From positions 32,001 to 96,000 of IMG/VR virus record IMGVR_UViG_3300029288_007060: a DNA stretch of 64,000 bases; one strand, given 5' to 3'. Position 1 is the first letter of the stretch; each line of letters opens with the position of its first letter. Origin of the DNA: a virus. Lineage: Duplodnaviria > Caudoviricetes. A program made the position numbers and the translations under genes. This document shows positions 9,064 through 19,933 of the stretch, piece by piece. Under the pieces are notes generated by a model that was not told where the DNA came from, made no database searches, and worked only from the letters and a program-made list of their open reading frames with translations.

Positions 9064-9920
9064 TATTTAATCTTTTTTGATATAACGCCGGGGATTTTTT
9101 CCCAATCTTTTTCTGGACGCCCCTCAAGATTCTGTTTCCATGCCGCTTCAATAATCTTAGGGTCAATTTCGTGCCGTTTACTAAAATCAATTAAGGCATT
9201 GATATCTTTGGGAAAACATGATCCTGATACACAAAAGCCTCCGTCATGTCCTGGGACATCACAGTGGCTGCGCCCAATGCGGCCGTCGGCCAATACCATA
9301 TCTTTTACATCATCGTATTGTATTTCTAATTTTTGACACAATTCATAAATGAAATTAAAATAGTTGACTTTGACCGCAAAAAAACAATTGGCCGCGTATT
9401 TTGTTAATTCTGCGGACTTCCAATCGGTTTTATAAATTGGCATTGAGTTACCAAAACGATGCCTATATAACTCTTCAACCCTATCTACTGGTTCTTTCTC
9501 TCCCCCAAGAATATTACGGGCCGCGCAAATAAAATCCAATTTGTTATTTCTGGCCGTAAGGAATTCGGGATTAGATACAAATTTTAAATTTGGATATTTG
9601 TTTTGAAACATTTCGTTGGTTCCTGGCAACACCGTACTCTTAATTATAGCAATTTTGTTACCTTCCGCTGACACTTTGTCATGCACTTCTTTAACCGCAC
9701 CCTCTAATATTGTTAAATCTTGATTTCCGTCTTCTTCATACATAGGCGTCGGAAGACAAAAAAACAGGTACTCACTGCTATTTATAGTGTCTTCAAGCGT
9801 ATTAAATCCTTTCTTAAATTTATCATAAATCTTAATATTGGCATGCAGCCCAAACCCATGACAAACTGCCGACCCAAGAAAACCAAATCCAATTATACCT
9901 ATATTAAAATCATTTGCCAT
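9063..9920 (-). CDS. ugd: UDP-glucose/GDP-mannose dehydrogenase family protein (short form)
   Basis: IGIIGFGFLG, CLPTP, KSTVLPG, NPEFL, SAELTKY, GSCFPKD. Confidence 0.85.
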   Translation of the reverse strand: MANDFNIGIIGFGFLGSAVCHGFGLHANIKIYDKFKKGFNTLEDTINSSEYLFFCLPTPMYEEDGNQDLTILEGAVKEVHDKVSAEGNKIAIIKSTVLPGTNEMFQNKYPNLKFVSNPEFLTARNNKLDFICAARNILGGEKEPVDRVEELYRHRFGNSMPIYKTDWKSAELTKYAANCFFAVKVNYFNFIYELCQKLEIQYDDVKDMVLADGRIGRSHCDVPGHDGGFCVSGSCFPKDINALIDFSKRHEIDPKIIEAAWKQNLEGRPEKDWEKIPGVISKKIK

Positions 9921-9929
9921 TTGTGCTCC

Positions 9930-10883
9930 CTATTTACACCCAGTTTCCCACCATTTATAAGTTTTTGCCATTCCTTCGGAAAACTTAACTGTTGGGTTGT
10001 ATCCCAAAATATTCTGTGCCTTAGATATATCTGCTAAGGACTTTAAAGGATCTCCCTATCTTCTTGGAGCATCCACTCTGTTTAATTGCTTTCCCGATAA
10101 CTTACAAACCTCATCATATGTATCCATCACAGAGTAGCACTCACCGCATGCTATATTAAAACACTCTCCGCCCAAAAAAGATTCGTGCTTGGCCGCAAGT
10201 ATATTGGCCTGGACAACATTATCAACATAACAAAAATCTCTTTCTGCTTTGCCCTCGCCATCTATTCTGCACACCCCATTGTTAACTGCAGCCTCTAAAA
10301 AGGCCGGAATAACTGTAGCATATGCTGATCCTGCTCTCTGGTTTACCCCAAACACGTTGAAGTAACGAAGACAAACAGTATCCAACCCGTGTATTTCGCC
10401 GTATACCCTACAATAATACTCTCCAGCGGCCTTGTGAACCGCGTAGGGCGATTTTGGACTCAGGTGTGCAGTTTCTTTGGTTGGAAACTCGGCAACGCCA
10501 CCATAGACCGATGAGGACGAACTAAATATTACTTTTTTAACGTGTGCTAGTCTGGCCGATTCAAGAACATTTAATAGGCCCGTAATATTGTTTTTATTAG
10601 TTTCTAACGGAAAATCTATAGAATATTGGACTCTTGGCAGAGCAGCTAAAAGAAATACAATATCGCCATCTTTAAATTCGGTATAAAGGTCTATGATATT
10701 TATATCCTTGCGTATAAATTCAAAATCCCCTTTTAACCCATCAAATCTGCTATTTTTAACATTTCCATAAAATCCTGTCGCCATATTGTCTATGCCAACT
10801 ACATCATAGCCTTGTTTTACTAGCTCGTATGTAATGTTAGAGCCTATAAAACCTGCGGCGCCGAGAACTATCATTCTAGACAT
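9930..10883 (-). CDS. NAD-dependent nucleotide-sugar epimerase (WbpP/GalE-like) interrupted by an in-frame TAG at 10056-10058
   Basis: GAAGFIG, SSSSVYG, YAVHK, LRYFNVFG, RDFCYV; after the TAG the frame continues GDPLKSLADISKAQNILGYNPTVKFSEGMAKTYKWW to a stop at 9930. Confidence 0.85.
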
Positions 10884-11143
10884 TATTTAAGCACCTCTAT
10901 AGTATCTTTTATATCTTTTTCACTAACCAGCCCTACCAAACGATTCACTTCTAATCCATCTTTAATAAAAACCAAAGTAGGTATAGACATTATTTTAAAT
11001 TGGGTCGCTAGAGCTGGATTTTCGTCTACGTCTACTTCTTCGAAATCCGCATCTTTAATTTCAGATTTAATTTTGGTATAAATTGGTGCTAGACGCTTAC
11101 AAGGCCCGCACCAAACGGCGGTGAATTTAAGAACTTTCAACAT
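10883..11143 (-). CDS. trxA: thioredoxin
   Basis: WCGPC active site, IMSIPTL. Confidence 0.95.
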   Translation of the reverse strand: MLKVLKFTAVWCGPCKRLAPIYTKIKSEIKDADFEEVDVDENPALATQFKIMSIPTLVFIKDGLEVNRLVGLVSEKDIKDTIEVLK

Positions 11144-11160
11144 TATATTCTCCTTTTTTT

Positions 11161-11748
11161 TTATTTAATAGCCTTTATGCAATATACAAATCTGTCTTCT
11201 TCGCCAGACCCACCAAACCCCTTTATATTGGAACTGGAGAACTGTTTTGTGAGTAGTTGCCACCCATCTCTGGTAATTCTCCAATAGTCTTTAACTGGAT
11301 TTTGTCTTTTGGGCAGGCCGGTGCCGTCACCAAAAAACCTATAGTTGTAGGGTGCATCTATCAATAAAATTCCGCCCGGTTTTAAAATCCTATACATTTC
11401 GTCCATGGCTTTAAATGGATTCTCATAACATTCTATGGCCTGATTATTTATAATGCAGTCCCATTTATCATTCCAGTCTTTCGGCATAGCGTGGACATCT
11501 CCAAAAATATTAACTTTATTTTTAGAATCTCCGTAGAGTGGCTTATCAAACGTTATATATGATTTAATCTTAGATTTGTTTAATAGACTGTATGGAACGT
11601 CCCACCCTCCAGCAGATATATTTATTATATCTCCACTGACTTTTGGAATTTCTTGTTCTAGCCACTGAATAAGATAGAATCTAGTTTCACTATACAGTTT
11701 ACCAGCATATTCTTTGTTTTTCTTTTTTGGAAACCCGTCCATAGCCAC
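11161..11748 (-). CDS. class I SAM-dependent methyltransferase
   Basis: EMYRILKPGGILLIDAP, DYWR motifs. Confidence 0.75.
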   Translation of the reverse strand: MAMDGFPKKKNKEYAGKLYSETRFYLIQWLEQEIPKVSGDIINISAGGWDVPYSLLNKSKIKSYITFDKPLYGDSKNKVNIFGDVHAMPKDWNDKWDCIINNQAIECYENPFKAMDEMYRILKPGGILLIDAPYNYRFFGDGTGLPKRQNPVKDYWRITRDGWQLLTKQFSSSNIKGFGGSGEEDRFVYCIKAIK

Positions 11749-11753
11749 TCTCC

Positions 11754-12404
11754 TTATAAATCTATAACCACCGGATTATGTATCACATTATAATTGTCAT
11801 CGCAAATAGAAACATTTGCGAATATCCTGTTCCTTACTTTTGCTATCTGATTGGATTGCTCATGTATATGGCCGAATAGATGACATTTGAGGTTGGCTAA
11901 CTTATTGGCCCTATCTAGCAAATCCCAGCACCCCACCCTGTCTCCGGAATATGATACTTCGTCTAATATTCCGTGTGGTGGGCCATGAGTTATTAGAACA
12001 TTTGTGTCATCTGGTATTTGGGCCCATTTATCATGAAGATGCTTTCCTCTAGGCAAATTAAACGCCCAGTGTCCAAACTCCGGACTATAAGGACTTCCAT
12101 AAAACTTTATGTTTTCTATAACAACCTCGTTATCCTGTAGATAAATTGCATTTGGAATAAATAATTTAACTACCGACACATCTTTTTGGATAGGAAAATC
12201 ATGATTACCGGCCACAATTATCTTATGCTTGTGTGGTAATGATTCTATAAATTGCCCAAATTTTAATGTCTCTTGTATTGACCCACGACCAGCACTATAG
12301 TCTCCAGCAAATATAAGCACATCTCCATCTGGAATACTTAAATTTGCGTGTCCATGTGAGTCACTAAAACACACCAATCTAACCATTGCTTTCCTCATTT
12401 TCAT
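11754..12404 (-). CDS. calcineurin-like metallophosphoesterase
   Basis: SDSH, AGD, GNHD, THGPP, FGHIHE. Confidence 0.9.
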   Translation of the reverse strand: MKMRKAMVRLVCFSDSHGHANLSIPDGDVLIFAGDYSAGRGSIQETLKFGQFIESLPHKHKIIVAGNHDFPIQKDVSVVKLFIPNAIYLQDNEVVIENIKFYGSPYSPEFGHWAFNLPRGKHLHDKWAQIPDDTNVLITHGPPHGILDEVSYSGDRVGCWDLLDRANKLANLKCHLFGHIHEQSNQIAKVRNRIFANVSICDDNYNVIHNPVVIDL

Positions 12405-12891
12405 TCACAGAAACACACAAATCCTCGTTTTGCATATCTGCTAGTTCTTTTCCTATTTTTTCTGCGTCTTCTGCTGACAACTCGCCGTCAAGCCTCAATT
12501 GTTCTATTTTATTTTTAGCGTCTTCAATTGAGGAACCAGCAGTATTTTGGTCTTGTTCTTCTGACCCTTCTTTACAAGAATCTATAATCTCCTGCTCCAT
12601 TTTGGATAAGTCAACATTATCGTGTGTTACTACGTCCAGGACATCTCCTTGGTGTGCATTTCTTATCATGTCTGCCAAATTTTTTGAGTATTGGGCTAGC
12701 CAACCATTTGTAAAAACTGTTTCTCCCTTACCCGGAGGATTAAAACTATCTCTAACCAAGCGCTCTACTTTTCCTATCGGAAGCTCATCTCTCATTAACA
12801 AATAGAAAAAATCAACCAGCGGATCGTCATAAGTTATATGCCCTGTAATATCTCTAAGTTCCTTAGTTCTGGCCTCGTCATCGATTTTCAT
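12379..12891 (-). CDS. hypothetical protein
   Basis: 170 aa ORF overlapping both neighbours; acidic C-terminus. Confidence 0.6.
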   Translation of the reverse strand: MKIDDEARTKELRDITGHITYDDPLVDFFYLLMRDELPIGKVERLVRDSFNPPGKGETVFTNGWLAQYSKNLADMIRNAHQGDVLDVVTHDNVDLSKMEQEIIDSCKEGSEEQDQNTAGSSIEDAKNKIEQLRLDGELSAEDAEKIGKELADMQNEDLCVSVNENEESNG

Positions 12892-13571
12892 TTACCCAAC
12901 TCCTTTAAAAAAGAATATTCGAATTGTTCTTTTTCTAACACGGAACATATTTTATTATATCTTTCCTCGTTCATATAATTGTTGGTCCAATCGCTGGTAT
13001 GTCCGTAGGCCACCATGACTGTTTCATTTGGAGGATTCGATAATAAATCCCAATTTACGCTCACCCATTTTAAATTTTTAATTGTGCCTTTGTATTTATT
13101 ATAATACACCGAATTACCAGCAATAATAAATTTTTGTTCAGTCAAAAAGGCCACGGCGTCTTTAGAAATATACCACCCTGGTGGCCGGAAGACACTATTA
13201 TACATAATGCCGGCTTTATTAAACTCATTTTTTATTTTTAATATAATCTTCGATGTTTCTGTTTTGTTCAGAAACTCGAACTCGTTGTTGTTAGAAATTG
13301 GATACTTTGTGGTCGTTCTACGATGATGGAACCCATGAAGATTTATATTGTAATTGTGTGGTAGGTCTTTGACTTTCTTAATCCATTCCTGATATTGTGA
13401 AATATAATATGGGTTTTGGCCCAATCTGGCATATGCTGCCGGAACAAATAAATCTATTTTAATTTCAGGATATTTGATTATTAGTTTGTTGCACCAATCT
13501 ATTGATTCAAAATTAAGACCGGCGTGAGGGTGCGGAGACATATCATCTAGTGATAAATTAAACTTTCGCAT
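12888..13571 (-). CDS. polysaccharide deacetylase-like (DUF2334)
   Basis: SLDD, LHGFHH, FRPPGW, YGH motifs. Confidence 0.75.
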   Translation of the reverse strand: MRKFNLSLDDMSPHPHAGLNFESIDWCNKLIIKYPEIKIDLFVPAAYARLGQNPYYISQYQEWIKKVKDLPHNYNINLHGFHHRRTTTKYPISNNNEFEFLNKTETSKIILKIKNEFNKAGIMYNSVFRPPGWYISKDAVAFLTEQKFIIAGNSVYYNKYKGTIKNLKWVSVNWDLLSNPPNETVMVAYGHTSDWTNNYMNEERYNKICSVLEKEQFEYSFLKELGK

Positions 13572-14415
13572 TTTTTAAACTTGACCATATCTCATCATGT
13601 TTTTTTACAAAGTTTTCCCAAGTTAGATTTTCTACTTGTTTTCGCATGGACAGCATGGTGTCATATTTTCTATATTCCATATATTCTTTGGTCGCCCAGA
13701 ACCGCTCTAGTCTTGCCATAAATGCGTCGGCGTCGCCAAACTTCACTTTAATTATCCCTTCATTAAATTCGTCCGCTAATCCCACGCTCTCAAAACATAT
13801 AATTGGTACGCCAACGGCAAGGCCCTCCACGATTGACATAGGGCCGCCCTCTATCTTTGAAGGAGAAACAACCGCATCCAATGAGGCATAGAATTTTGGC
13901 AAATCTTGTTCTTTTACGATTCCTCCGCTAATTCTTAAATCTACAAATGATTGTTGCGCGGCTATCCTTTCCAACAACCTAGGGTTTTTTCTATCTGACG
14001 AGGCATACTGTCTTCCAACATACCCAACTATCAATTTATTTTTCGAAGTTGGCCTCTCTGCTTGCCTAAGAGCAAATTTACCGCTATCAACCCCAGGAAT
14101 GGCCTGAACAACATTGGCTCCTGCACATGTTAAAATATCCGTATACTTTTTGCTCATTGTTATTGCAACGTCTGCTGTTTTAGAACAAGAAATAAACTTA
14201 TCAAATAAGTCTTTTCTCTGCTCCTGGTGAGACGAAAAAACAGTGCATGGGTGTGCGTTGTTGGTAGCTTTCTCAAAATATGGAAGGTAGTGAGCAACAT
14301 CGCATTGTTCGGAACTGTTTACGAATATTTGATGTTTGGAAAACTTGCGAAACATAGATATAAATTTTGTGTAGACCCATCCATTATCTGAGCACCGAAT
14401 ATTTATTTTAAGCAT
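13558..14415 (-). CDS. GT4-like glycosyltransferase
   Basis: GYVGR, SPSKIEGGPMSIVEGLAVGVP. Confidence 0.85.
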   Translation of the reverse strand: MLKINIRCSDNGWVYTKFISMFRKFSKHQIFVNSSEQCDVAHYLPYFEKATNNAHPCTVFSSHQEQRKDLFDKFISCSKTADVAITMSKKYTDILTCAGANVVQAIPGVDSGKFALRQAERPTSKNKLIVGYVGRQYASSDRKNPRLLERIAAQQSFVDLRISGGIVKEQDLPKFYASLDAVVSPSKIEGGPMSIVEGLAVGVPIICFESVGLADEFNEGIIKVKFGDADAFMARLERFWATKEYMEYRKYDTMLSMRKQVENLTWENFVKKHDEIWSSLKNAKV

Positions 14416-14444
14416 AGCTGTCTCCTCACTGTATATGATACACT
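14413..14444 (-). promoter_or_regulatory. conserved promoter-RBS element AGTGTA-N10-TGAGGAGACA-N3-ATG, copy 2
   Basis: same words and spacing as at 2065-2096. Confidence 0.55.
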
Positions 14445-14456
14445 GAATATAAGGAA

Positions 14457-15227
14457 TTATTTTAACTTTAGGATTGTTTTTATAAGATTGTTATACTTTT
14501 CGGCTGTAATATTTATATCTATTTGATCTTTGGGCGGGATTTCCACATTTCCAAGATTGATTATTTCTTTTCCGTGCGCGACGGCTTCTATAATGGCATT
14601 AGACACACCGTGCGTTTTTGTCGGACAAATATACGAATTGCATCCTTTTATATATGCTGAGGCAACATCCACATCCACGAGTCCTGTCCAATTAACCCAC
14701 GGGTATCGCTTCTTTAGAATTCCATATGTGTCCTCTGCAACATGCTGTCGGGACCCCAGCACCGTAATATTTCTATTATTATATTTTGCATATTTTATTG
14801 CTAACTCCACCTCTTGGCCCAGCCCTATTCTGGCTGGGGCATATAATATATCTGAGAAAATTGGGGAAATTTTATTAATATATTCAATGTCTACCCCATT
14901 ATATATTAGATTTTTTTTCGAGTGCGTGGAGGCGTTCCATCCAGACAAAGAGCTACATATCACGGCACTTAGGTCATTCGGTTGCTTTAATTGATATGAT
15001 CTTGGACCAGTCATTCTTTGTATCACTGGTATATTTAATCTTTTGGCCTGGTCATAAAATTTATTAGAATTGGAATATATAACTAAATCAGCAGACTCAC
15101 TTACCTTATTTGTGAATAGCCATTTATAATTGTTTAGTTTGGTTGCGACTCTTTTGTATCCTATTTCGGCACCCCCAACAGCCCACACTTCAAGACATAT
15201 ATTTATGCATTTCATATTAGACCACAT
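14457..15227 (-). CDS. GT4-like glycosyltransferase
   Basis: GGAE, IYNGVD, HGVSNAIIEAVAHG. Confidence 0.75.
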   Translation of the reverse strand: MWSNMKCINICLEVWAVGGAEIGYKRVATKLNNYKWLFTNKVSESADLVIYSNSNKFYDQAKRLNIPVIQRMTGPRSYQLKQPNDLSAVICSSLSGWNASTHSKKNLIYNGVDIEYINKISPIFSDILYAPARIGLGQEVELAIKYAKYNNRNITVLGSRQHVAEDTYGILKKRYPWVNWTGLVDVDVASAYIKGCNSYICPTKTHGVSNAIIEAVAHGKEIINLGNVEIPPKDQIDINITAEKYNNLIKTILKLK

Positions 15228-15260
15228 ATTATTACGAGTATTGAATACCTTTTATAAAAA

Positions 15261-16346
15261 TCACCGGGCTTCTTTTAAGATTTTAACAACAACATCTGCT
15301 ATTCTAACATATGATTTGCCATCTCCAGAAAAACAATACTTTGTAACATATTCTTTACATCCCTTAGAATTGGCAAAATAAGCATTGGCGTTTAAGACAC
15401 TGGCTAACTCACCCATATTAATATCTCTCATCGCATCTTTTGAATATGGCCAATTGGTTACATATTTTGTACGATTGATGTTCAAGAGAGGTTTCTCAAA
15501 CAATGGCGTCTCCATAGCTATACTGCTACGAACATTTAGAACCACATCACAGGCCTTAAAGGCCTTATATCCCTCGTCAGCTTTGACCACTACGGCATGC
15601 GGAGCAAATTTTTCCCAAGAATAAGCGCCCTTGTAGTATTCATGTTTGTGAATAATGCCAGGGCATACAGGCATTTTGGCTGTGTAGTCCATTGGATGCG
15701 CCTTAATCATTAGTTCGTAATCAGGGCACCTATCTTTAACTATTTTTGCTATTTGTGCGTATTCATTATCTACCCCTATCTGATGGTTTGCTTCTGCTGG
15801 ATTGGCCGGAGTAAGTAATGCTAGCTTTTTGTGTGAGTCCAAACCATATGATTTCATAAATTCTATTTTATCTACCTGAGTTGTGGCTGCAGCATCAAAA
15901 TGAATAGTGCCCGTAACAAAAATGTCCGCATAATGCCGAAATTTCTTCAGTATTTCATTTTTCATATACTGACTTTTTGCCGTGATATATTGTGCTGGAC
16001 ATTCTCGTACAGAAATATCAATGGCGGCGGGATCCAGCATAATAATTTTTCGTTTAGCGCTTCTGACACTACTTGCAATTTTGGCAGCAACGCCCTTGTA
16101 TGCAAACCTCGTCACCAATATATCTTCTTTATCTATAAGAGATAGTATTTCTGTCGTCTTTTTTATTATTTTTATATCTAGTGATTGATACACGACGGCG
16201 AGAGAAGGCTCAATCAACCGATAGTCTCCTTCCTGCAATACATACAAAGCTTGTAAATTTCTACTTTTTATCTCATTATATAATGGAATGTCCAAATAAG
16301 GAAATGTGGGAAGGAATTGATCACTAAACATTATCACCTTAGACAT
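15261..16346 (-). CDS. GT-B fold protein, CDP-glycerol transferase/sialyltransferase-like
   Basis: VTGTIHFD, IKAHP, CDVVLNVRSSIAMETPLFEKP. Confidence 0.6.
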   Translation of the reverse strand: MSKVIMFSDQFLPTFPYLDIPLYNEIKSRNLQALYVLQEGDYRLIEPSLAVVYQSLDIKIIKKTTEILSLIDKEDILVTRFAYKGVAAKIASSVRSAKRKIIMLDPAAIDISVRECPAQYITAKSQYMKNEILKKFRHYADIFVTGTIHFDAAATTQVDKIEFMKSYGLDSHKKLALLTPANPAEANHQIGVDNEYAQIAKIVKDRCPDYELMIKAHPMDYTAKMPVCPGIIHKHEYYKGAYSWEKFAPHAVVVKADEGYKAFKACDVVLNVRSSIAMETPLFEKPLLNINRTKYVTNWPYSKDAMRDINMGELASVLNANAYFANSKGCKEYVTKYCFSGDGKSYVRIADVVVKILKEAR

Positions 16347-16396
16347 ATTGGCACTCCTTTTATAGTTTTAATAGACCGCCAAAAATAATCATATAT

Positions 16397-16996
16397 TTAT
16401 AAACTCTTGGTAAACGAGTCTTTGTGCTGCGTATATCTATATAGTGGAACTGGTATATTATAAATCTGTTTTCCGCTTTTTACAAAGCGTTGTCTAAAAT
16501 CAACATCTTCTCGCGGCAAATCAACATTGTACAGCCCCAATTCTACTACATGATCTAACTTATACATAACACCACAAGCTATTGGCCAAGTGGTACCATT
16601 CTTTCTGCATAATATTTTCTCATTTTCATCAACTTCTACATAATCTGAGCTTGTGGCGTCCATTTCGCCTTTGTTGCTCGATAGAAATAAATGATGCATC
16701 TTTAACCAATCCCGAGACACATAATCGTCTGCATCTAGTCTAATTATATAAGTGCCCATTGATAAGCGCAGGGCTTTGTTACAACTGGCTGCGACACCTA
16801 GATTCTTGTCGTTAAAAATTAATTTTGGCTGTGCCAAAAATGAGCAGAGAATAGACTTACTATTGTCCGTGCTATGATCGTCTATTATTATAATTTCATA
16901 TTCATCCTTATTAAATGATTGATTTATCACAGAACGAAATGCTCTTGCAATATATTTTTCATAATTATAATTAGTGATAATCACAGATATTTCCAT
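16397..16996 (-). CDS. GT2 glycosyltransferase
   Basis: ISVIITNYNY, IDDHSTD, RLDADD; ATG at 16996 has a GAGGT RBS (track start 17053). Confidence 0.9.
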   Translation of the reverse strand: MEISVIITNYNYEKYIARAFRSVINQSFNKDEYEIIIIDDHSTDNSKSILCSFLAQPKLIFNDKNLGVAASCNKALRLSMGTYIIRLDADDYVSRDWLKMHHLFLSSNKGEMDATSSDYVEVDENEKILCRKNGTTWPIACGVMYKLDHVVELGLYNVDLPREDVDFRQRFVKSGKQIYNIPVPLYRYTQHKDSFTKSL

Positions 16997-17083
16997 TAAA
17001 CCGACCTCACAAAAAACCAACACTTTCAAAAATCTATGCGGGTATTCATCCACACAATTCTTAGAAAATATTAGTAGAAAATT

Positions 17084-17830
17084 CTATTGCCTAACAATTT
17101 TTCCGACATGTTTTGAAAATTGAACTAACTGACTGAGCTCATTTTTATTCAGCGAACAAATATGATCAAACCCTCCTGGTAAAGCCGACATTGCTTTGTC
17201 TAGTGTAAAATGAACCTCTATACATTTTGCCCCTCTAGATAAAGCAACCATGGCGGGATAAGGTGTCATGGCGTGAGACGAGAACCCATAATAAATAGAG
17301 TCCTTAAATGATTTTGGAAAATCAATATCGCAGTATTCCGTTGGATATTTTGCTATACAATAAAGATTGCGACAATTTGTATACTTAACATCAAATGGCT
17401 CTGCACCAAACCCAAGACTAACAAATGACTCTTTCCCAGATAATAGTATCTCCTCCGCCAGCTCTCTATTAAATTTCGAAACGCGTGATGCAACCTTATG
17501 CCTTTTAATCCCCATACTTTCTAGTTTAAGGAATCTTTCCCTATCAAATGCGGAACACCCAAATTCTATACCTTCTGTGTCGCACCACTTCATTAATTGT
17601 TCTATTTTATTTTCATTCAACTCAAACATCTTTACTTGTTCGTAAATTTCTTTATTATAAGTGTCTTTTGTTTCGTCTCCAAATAAATCAAAACAGCTAT
17701 ACCATTGAAATTTGGCAATATCAGCTCCGCATTCCGCGGCATCCGCTATAAGTTTTCTGGCAATATTCATATTTCCCATAAAATTAATGCCTATGTCTGC
17801 TATTATTAACATTTTTATACTCCGTGGCAA
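17084..17830 (-). CDS. neuB: NeuB/PseI/SpsE-family nonulosonate synthase lacking the C-terminal SAF domain
   Basis: [47 protein letters not shown]; probable start 17812. Confidence 0.85.
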   Translation of the reverse strand: MPRSIKMLIIADIGINFMGNMNIARKLIADAAECGADIAKFQWYSCFDLFGDETKDTYNKEIYEQVKMFELNENKIEQLMKWCDTEGIEFGCSAFDRERFLKLESMGIKRHKVASRVSKFNRELAEEILLSGKESFVSLGFGAEPFDVKYTNCRNLYCIAKYPTEYCDIDFPKSFKDSIYYGFSSHAMTPYPAMVALSRGAKCIEVHFTLDKAMSALPGGFDHICSLNKNELSQLVQFSKHVGKIVRQ

Positions 17831-19932
17831 TCGTTGTCTATCATCTCTTTAACCAAATCTTCAAATTTATACTCGGGCTCCCACCCCAAAATTGATTTTG
17901 CTTTTGAGTAATCTCCAACCAAAACTTCTACCTCAGCTGGACGATAAAAATTTGGGTCTATTTCTGTGTAACACTCGTAATCTCCTAAACCGGCATACTC
18001 AAAGGCAGTTTTGCAAAAATGGCGAACCGTGTGAGTGATGCCTGTTGAAAGTATATAGTCATCTGGGTTATTGTGATTCATCATCATCCACATTCCTCTA
18101 ACCATATCTTTTGCATGCCCCCAGTCCCTCATAGCATCAAGGTTTCCCAGTCGTATTTTTTTAATCTTTCCCAATTTTATATCCCTGATTCCTAGTGTTA
18201 TTTTCCTTGTAACAAAATTGGGGCCTCTGCGAGGTGAGTTACCAACTATAATTGTTCCAACACCACCCATAAAATATCCAGACTCCGTACAGATGTCATA
18301 TACATAACCTAAATCTTTTTCTTGTAACTTCTTAATTTCTGTTCTATCTCTTAATAAATGATGTGATTGTTGAACCTGTTTGTTATTCTGCACTTTACGA
18401 ATAAATGTCCTAGAAATTCCTGTCTCTCGACAAATATATCTTTGTGAAAAACCTTTTTCGATAAGATTGCGTACTACCGATTCTTTGTTTGGGCCTTCGG
18501 GAGAGAGCAAATTAATAGAATAATAGTGCCCGTGTGGGCCATTCTCATACGTGATATTCCAATCTTGCCTAGTCACATTGCTAATTAACAGCAATAAACC
18601 TTGTGCTAGTTGGCCGCTATCAGTTTTGAAATTTTTATAAAGATAAGTGCATGGATTAGACTTTAATCCATCAGCCATATTGTATCCATTTAAAAAAGCT
18701 TCTTGTATTTCGATTGATGAGTTAAAGATTACTTCTGGCACTTTCTTTTGTCGTTCTGAATTATAAATATTATATCTTAAATCAGAAGCAATGGGCCAAT
18801 CTTTTACAGATAACAATCTGGTCTGTCTAGAATTACCATTATATCCAGAGTTATATATCTTTCCTAAAGTTACTCCCTTCCCAGTAATACAGTGCCATAA
18901 AAATTTGATACGTTTAATAATTGAAGGATTCATGTTCGATATATGAATTTGGGGAATTTCTCTCTCCGAAACCCAACCATCACCAACAATTAAACCAACC
19001 AGCTCAGCTTCTTCTTTTGTGAGAAAATACATTGGATTATCTTTTAGCTCTGGATATACTCCATGCTTTAACTTGGAACCCAACGTAAAGCTGTCAGCTC
19101 TAAGCCTTTCTCCATCTAAACTAAATAGCTTGTGATGTCTGGTGGTTTCCACTACACCGTGTCTTGTATTAGTAATCTGGCCATTAAAGTCAGGGTTATT
19201 GCCGTCTACTGGACGTACGGTGATGGCTTTTAATGCAACCCATTTTTCACCATCCCATATAGAGATGTTTTTTGTCTCAAAATTAACAGTGTTCTCATTA
19301 CCATTAAATTCTAGCAAATCTTTAACCCTCACTATATTTATCATATTAGAAGAGTCATTTTTAATCAATAAATTTGTGTGCTTATCCAAACATTCGTGAT
19401 TGAATAATATTCCATTACAAGCAAACATCTTGTAAGCTTCGCGATAATTAACTGTTGTCCAATATCCAAACAGTTTAGCTATTCCGTACGGAGATCTTGG
19501 ATGAAATGGAGAATTTTCTGTCATCTTTGATATTCCCGAAATTCCTCCAAATAGCTCTGATGTAGAGGCCTGATAAAATTTTGTATATATTCCAGAATTT
19601 CTAATAGCCTCTAAACAATTAAGAACGCCAATTCCTGTGCACTGTGCAGTATATATTGGCTGTTCAAACGACGAGCCTACATGACTTTGGGCCGCGAGAT
19701 TATAAAATTCATCCGGCCTAACTAATTTACACAGCTTATTAAGAGAGCTTGTATCTAAAATATCTCCTTCAACAATTTCAATAGAATTTTCCAAGTGTTT
19801 AGAACATCCTAGAGAGTTATCTGAGCTTCGGCGCCTAAGCCCGTATACTTTATAGTTTTTTTCCAGCAAAAGTTCCGACAAGTAGCTTCCGTCTTGTCCG
19901 GTAACACCTGTTATTATAGCATTTTTTTGCAT
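17815..19932 (-). CDS. gmd: GDP-mannose 4,6-dehydratase containing an intein
   Basis: [43 protein letters not shown]|intein|SPRRG, RDWGHA. Confidence 0.95.
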   Translation of the reverse strand: MQKNAIITGVTGQDGSYLSELLLEKNYKVYGLRRRSSDNSLGCSKHLENSIEIVEGDILDTSSLNKLCKLVRPDEFYNLAAQSHVGSSFEQPIYTAQCTGIGVLNCLEAIRNSGIYTKFYQASTSELFGGISGISKMTENSPFHPRSPYGIAKLFGYWTTVNYREAYKMFACNGILFNHECLDKHTNLLIKNDSSNMINIVRVKDLLEFNGNENTVNFETKNISIWDGEKWVALKAITVRPVDGNNPDFNGQITNTRHGVVETTRHHKLFSLDGERLRADSFTLGSKLKHGVYPELKDNPMYFLTKEEAELVGLIVGDGWVSEREIPQIHISNMNPSIIKRIKFLWHCITGKGVTLGKIYNSGYNGNSRQTRLLSVKDWPIASDLRYNIYNSERQKKVPEVIFNSSIEIQEAFLNGYNMADGLKSNPCTYLYKNFKTDSGQLAQGLLLLISNVTRQDWNITYENGPHGHYYSINLLSPEGPNKESVVRNLIEKGFSQRYICRETGISRTFIRKVQNNKQVQQSHHLLRDRTEIKKLQEKDLGYVYDICTESGYFMGGVGTIIVGNSPRRGPNFVTRKITLGIRDIKLGKIKKIRLGNLDAMRDWGHAKDMVRGMWMMMNHNNPDDYILSTGITHTVRHFCKTAFEYAGLGDYECYTEIDPNFYRPAEVEVLVGDYSKAKSILGWEPEYKFEDLVKEMIDNDCHGV
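18238..19392 (-). mobile_element. intein (385 aa) with LAGLIDADG endonuclease and an HTH insert
   Basis: begins CLDKHT, block [15 protein letters not shown] and [10 protein letters not shown], ends VYDI...IIVGN before Ser; excision restores NHESPRRG. Confidence 0.92.
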
Positions 19933-19933
19933 A

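Noticed and set aside
757-17086. TAG stops at 757, 8491, 9930 and 17084 are each in frame with the next gene, suggesting readthrough fusions
   Set aside because: Other TAG stops are not in frame, the sample is tiny, and TAG overlapping a GGAG RBS naturally yields this spacing
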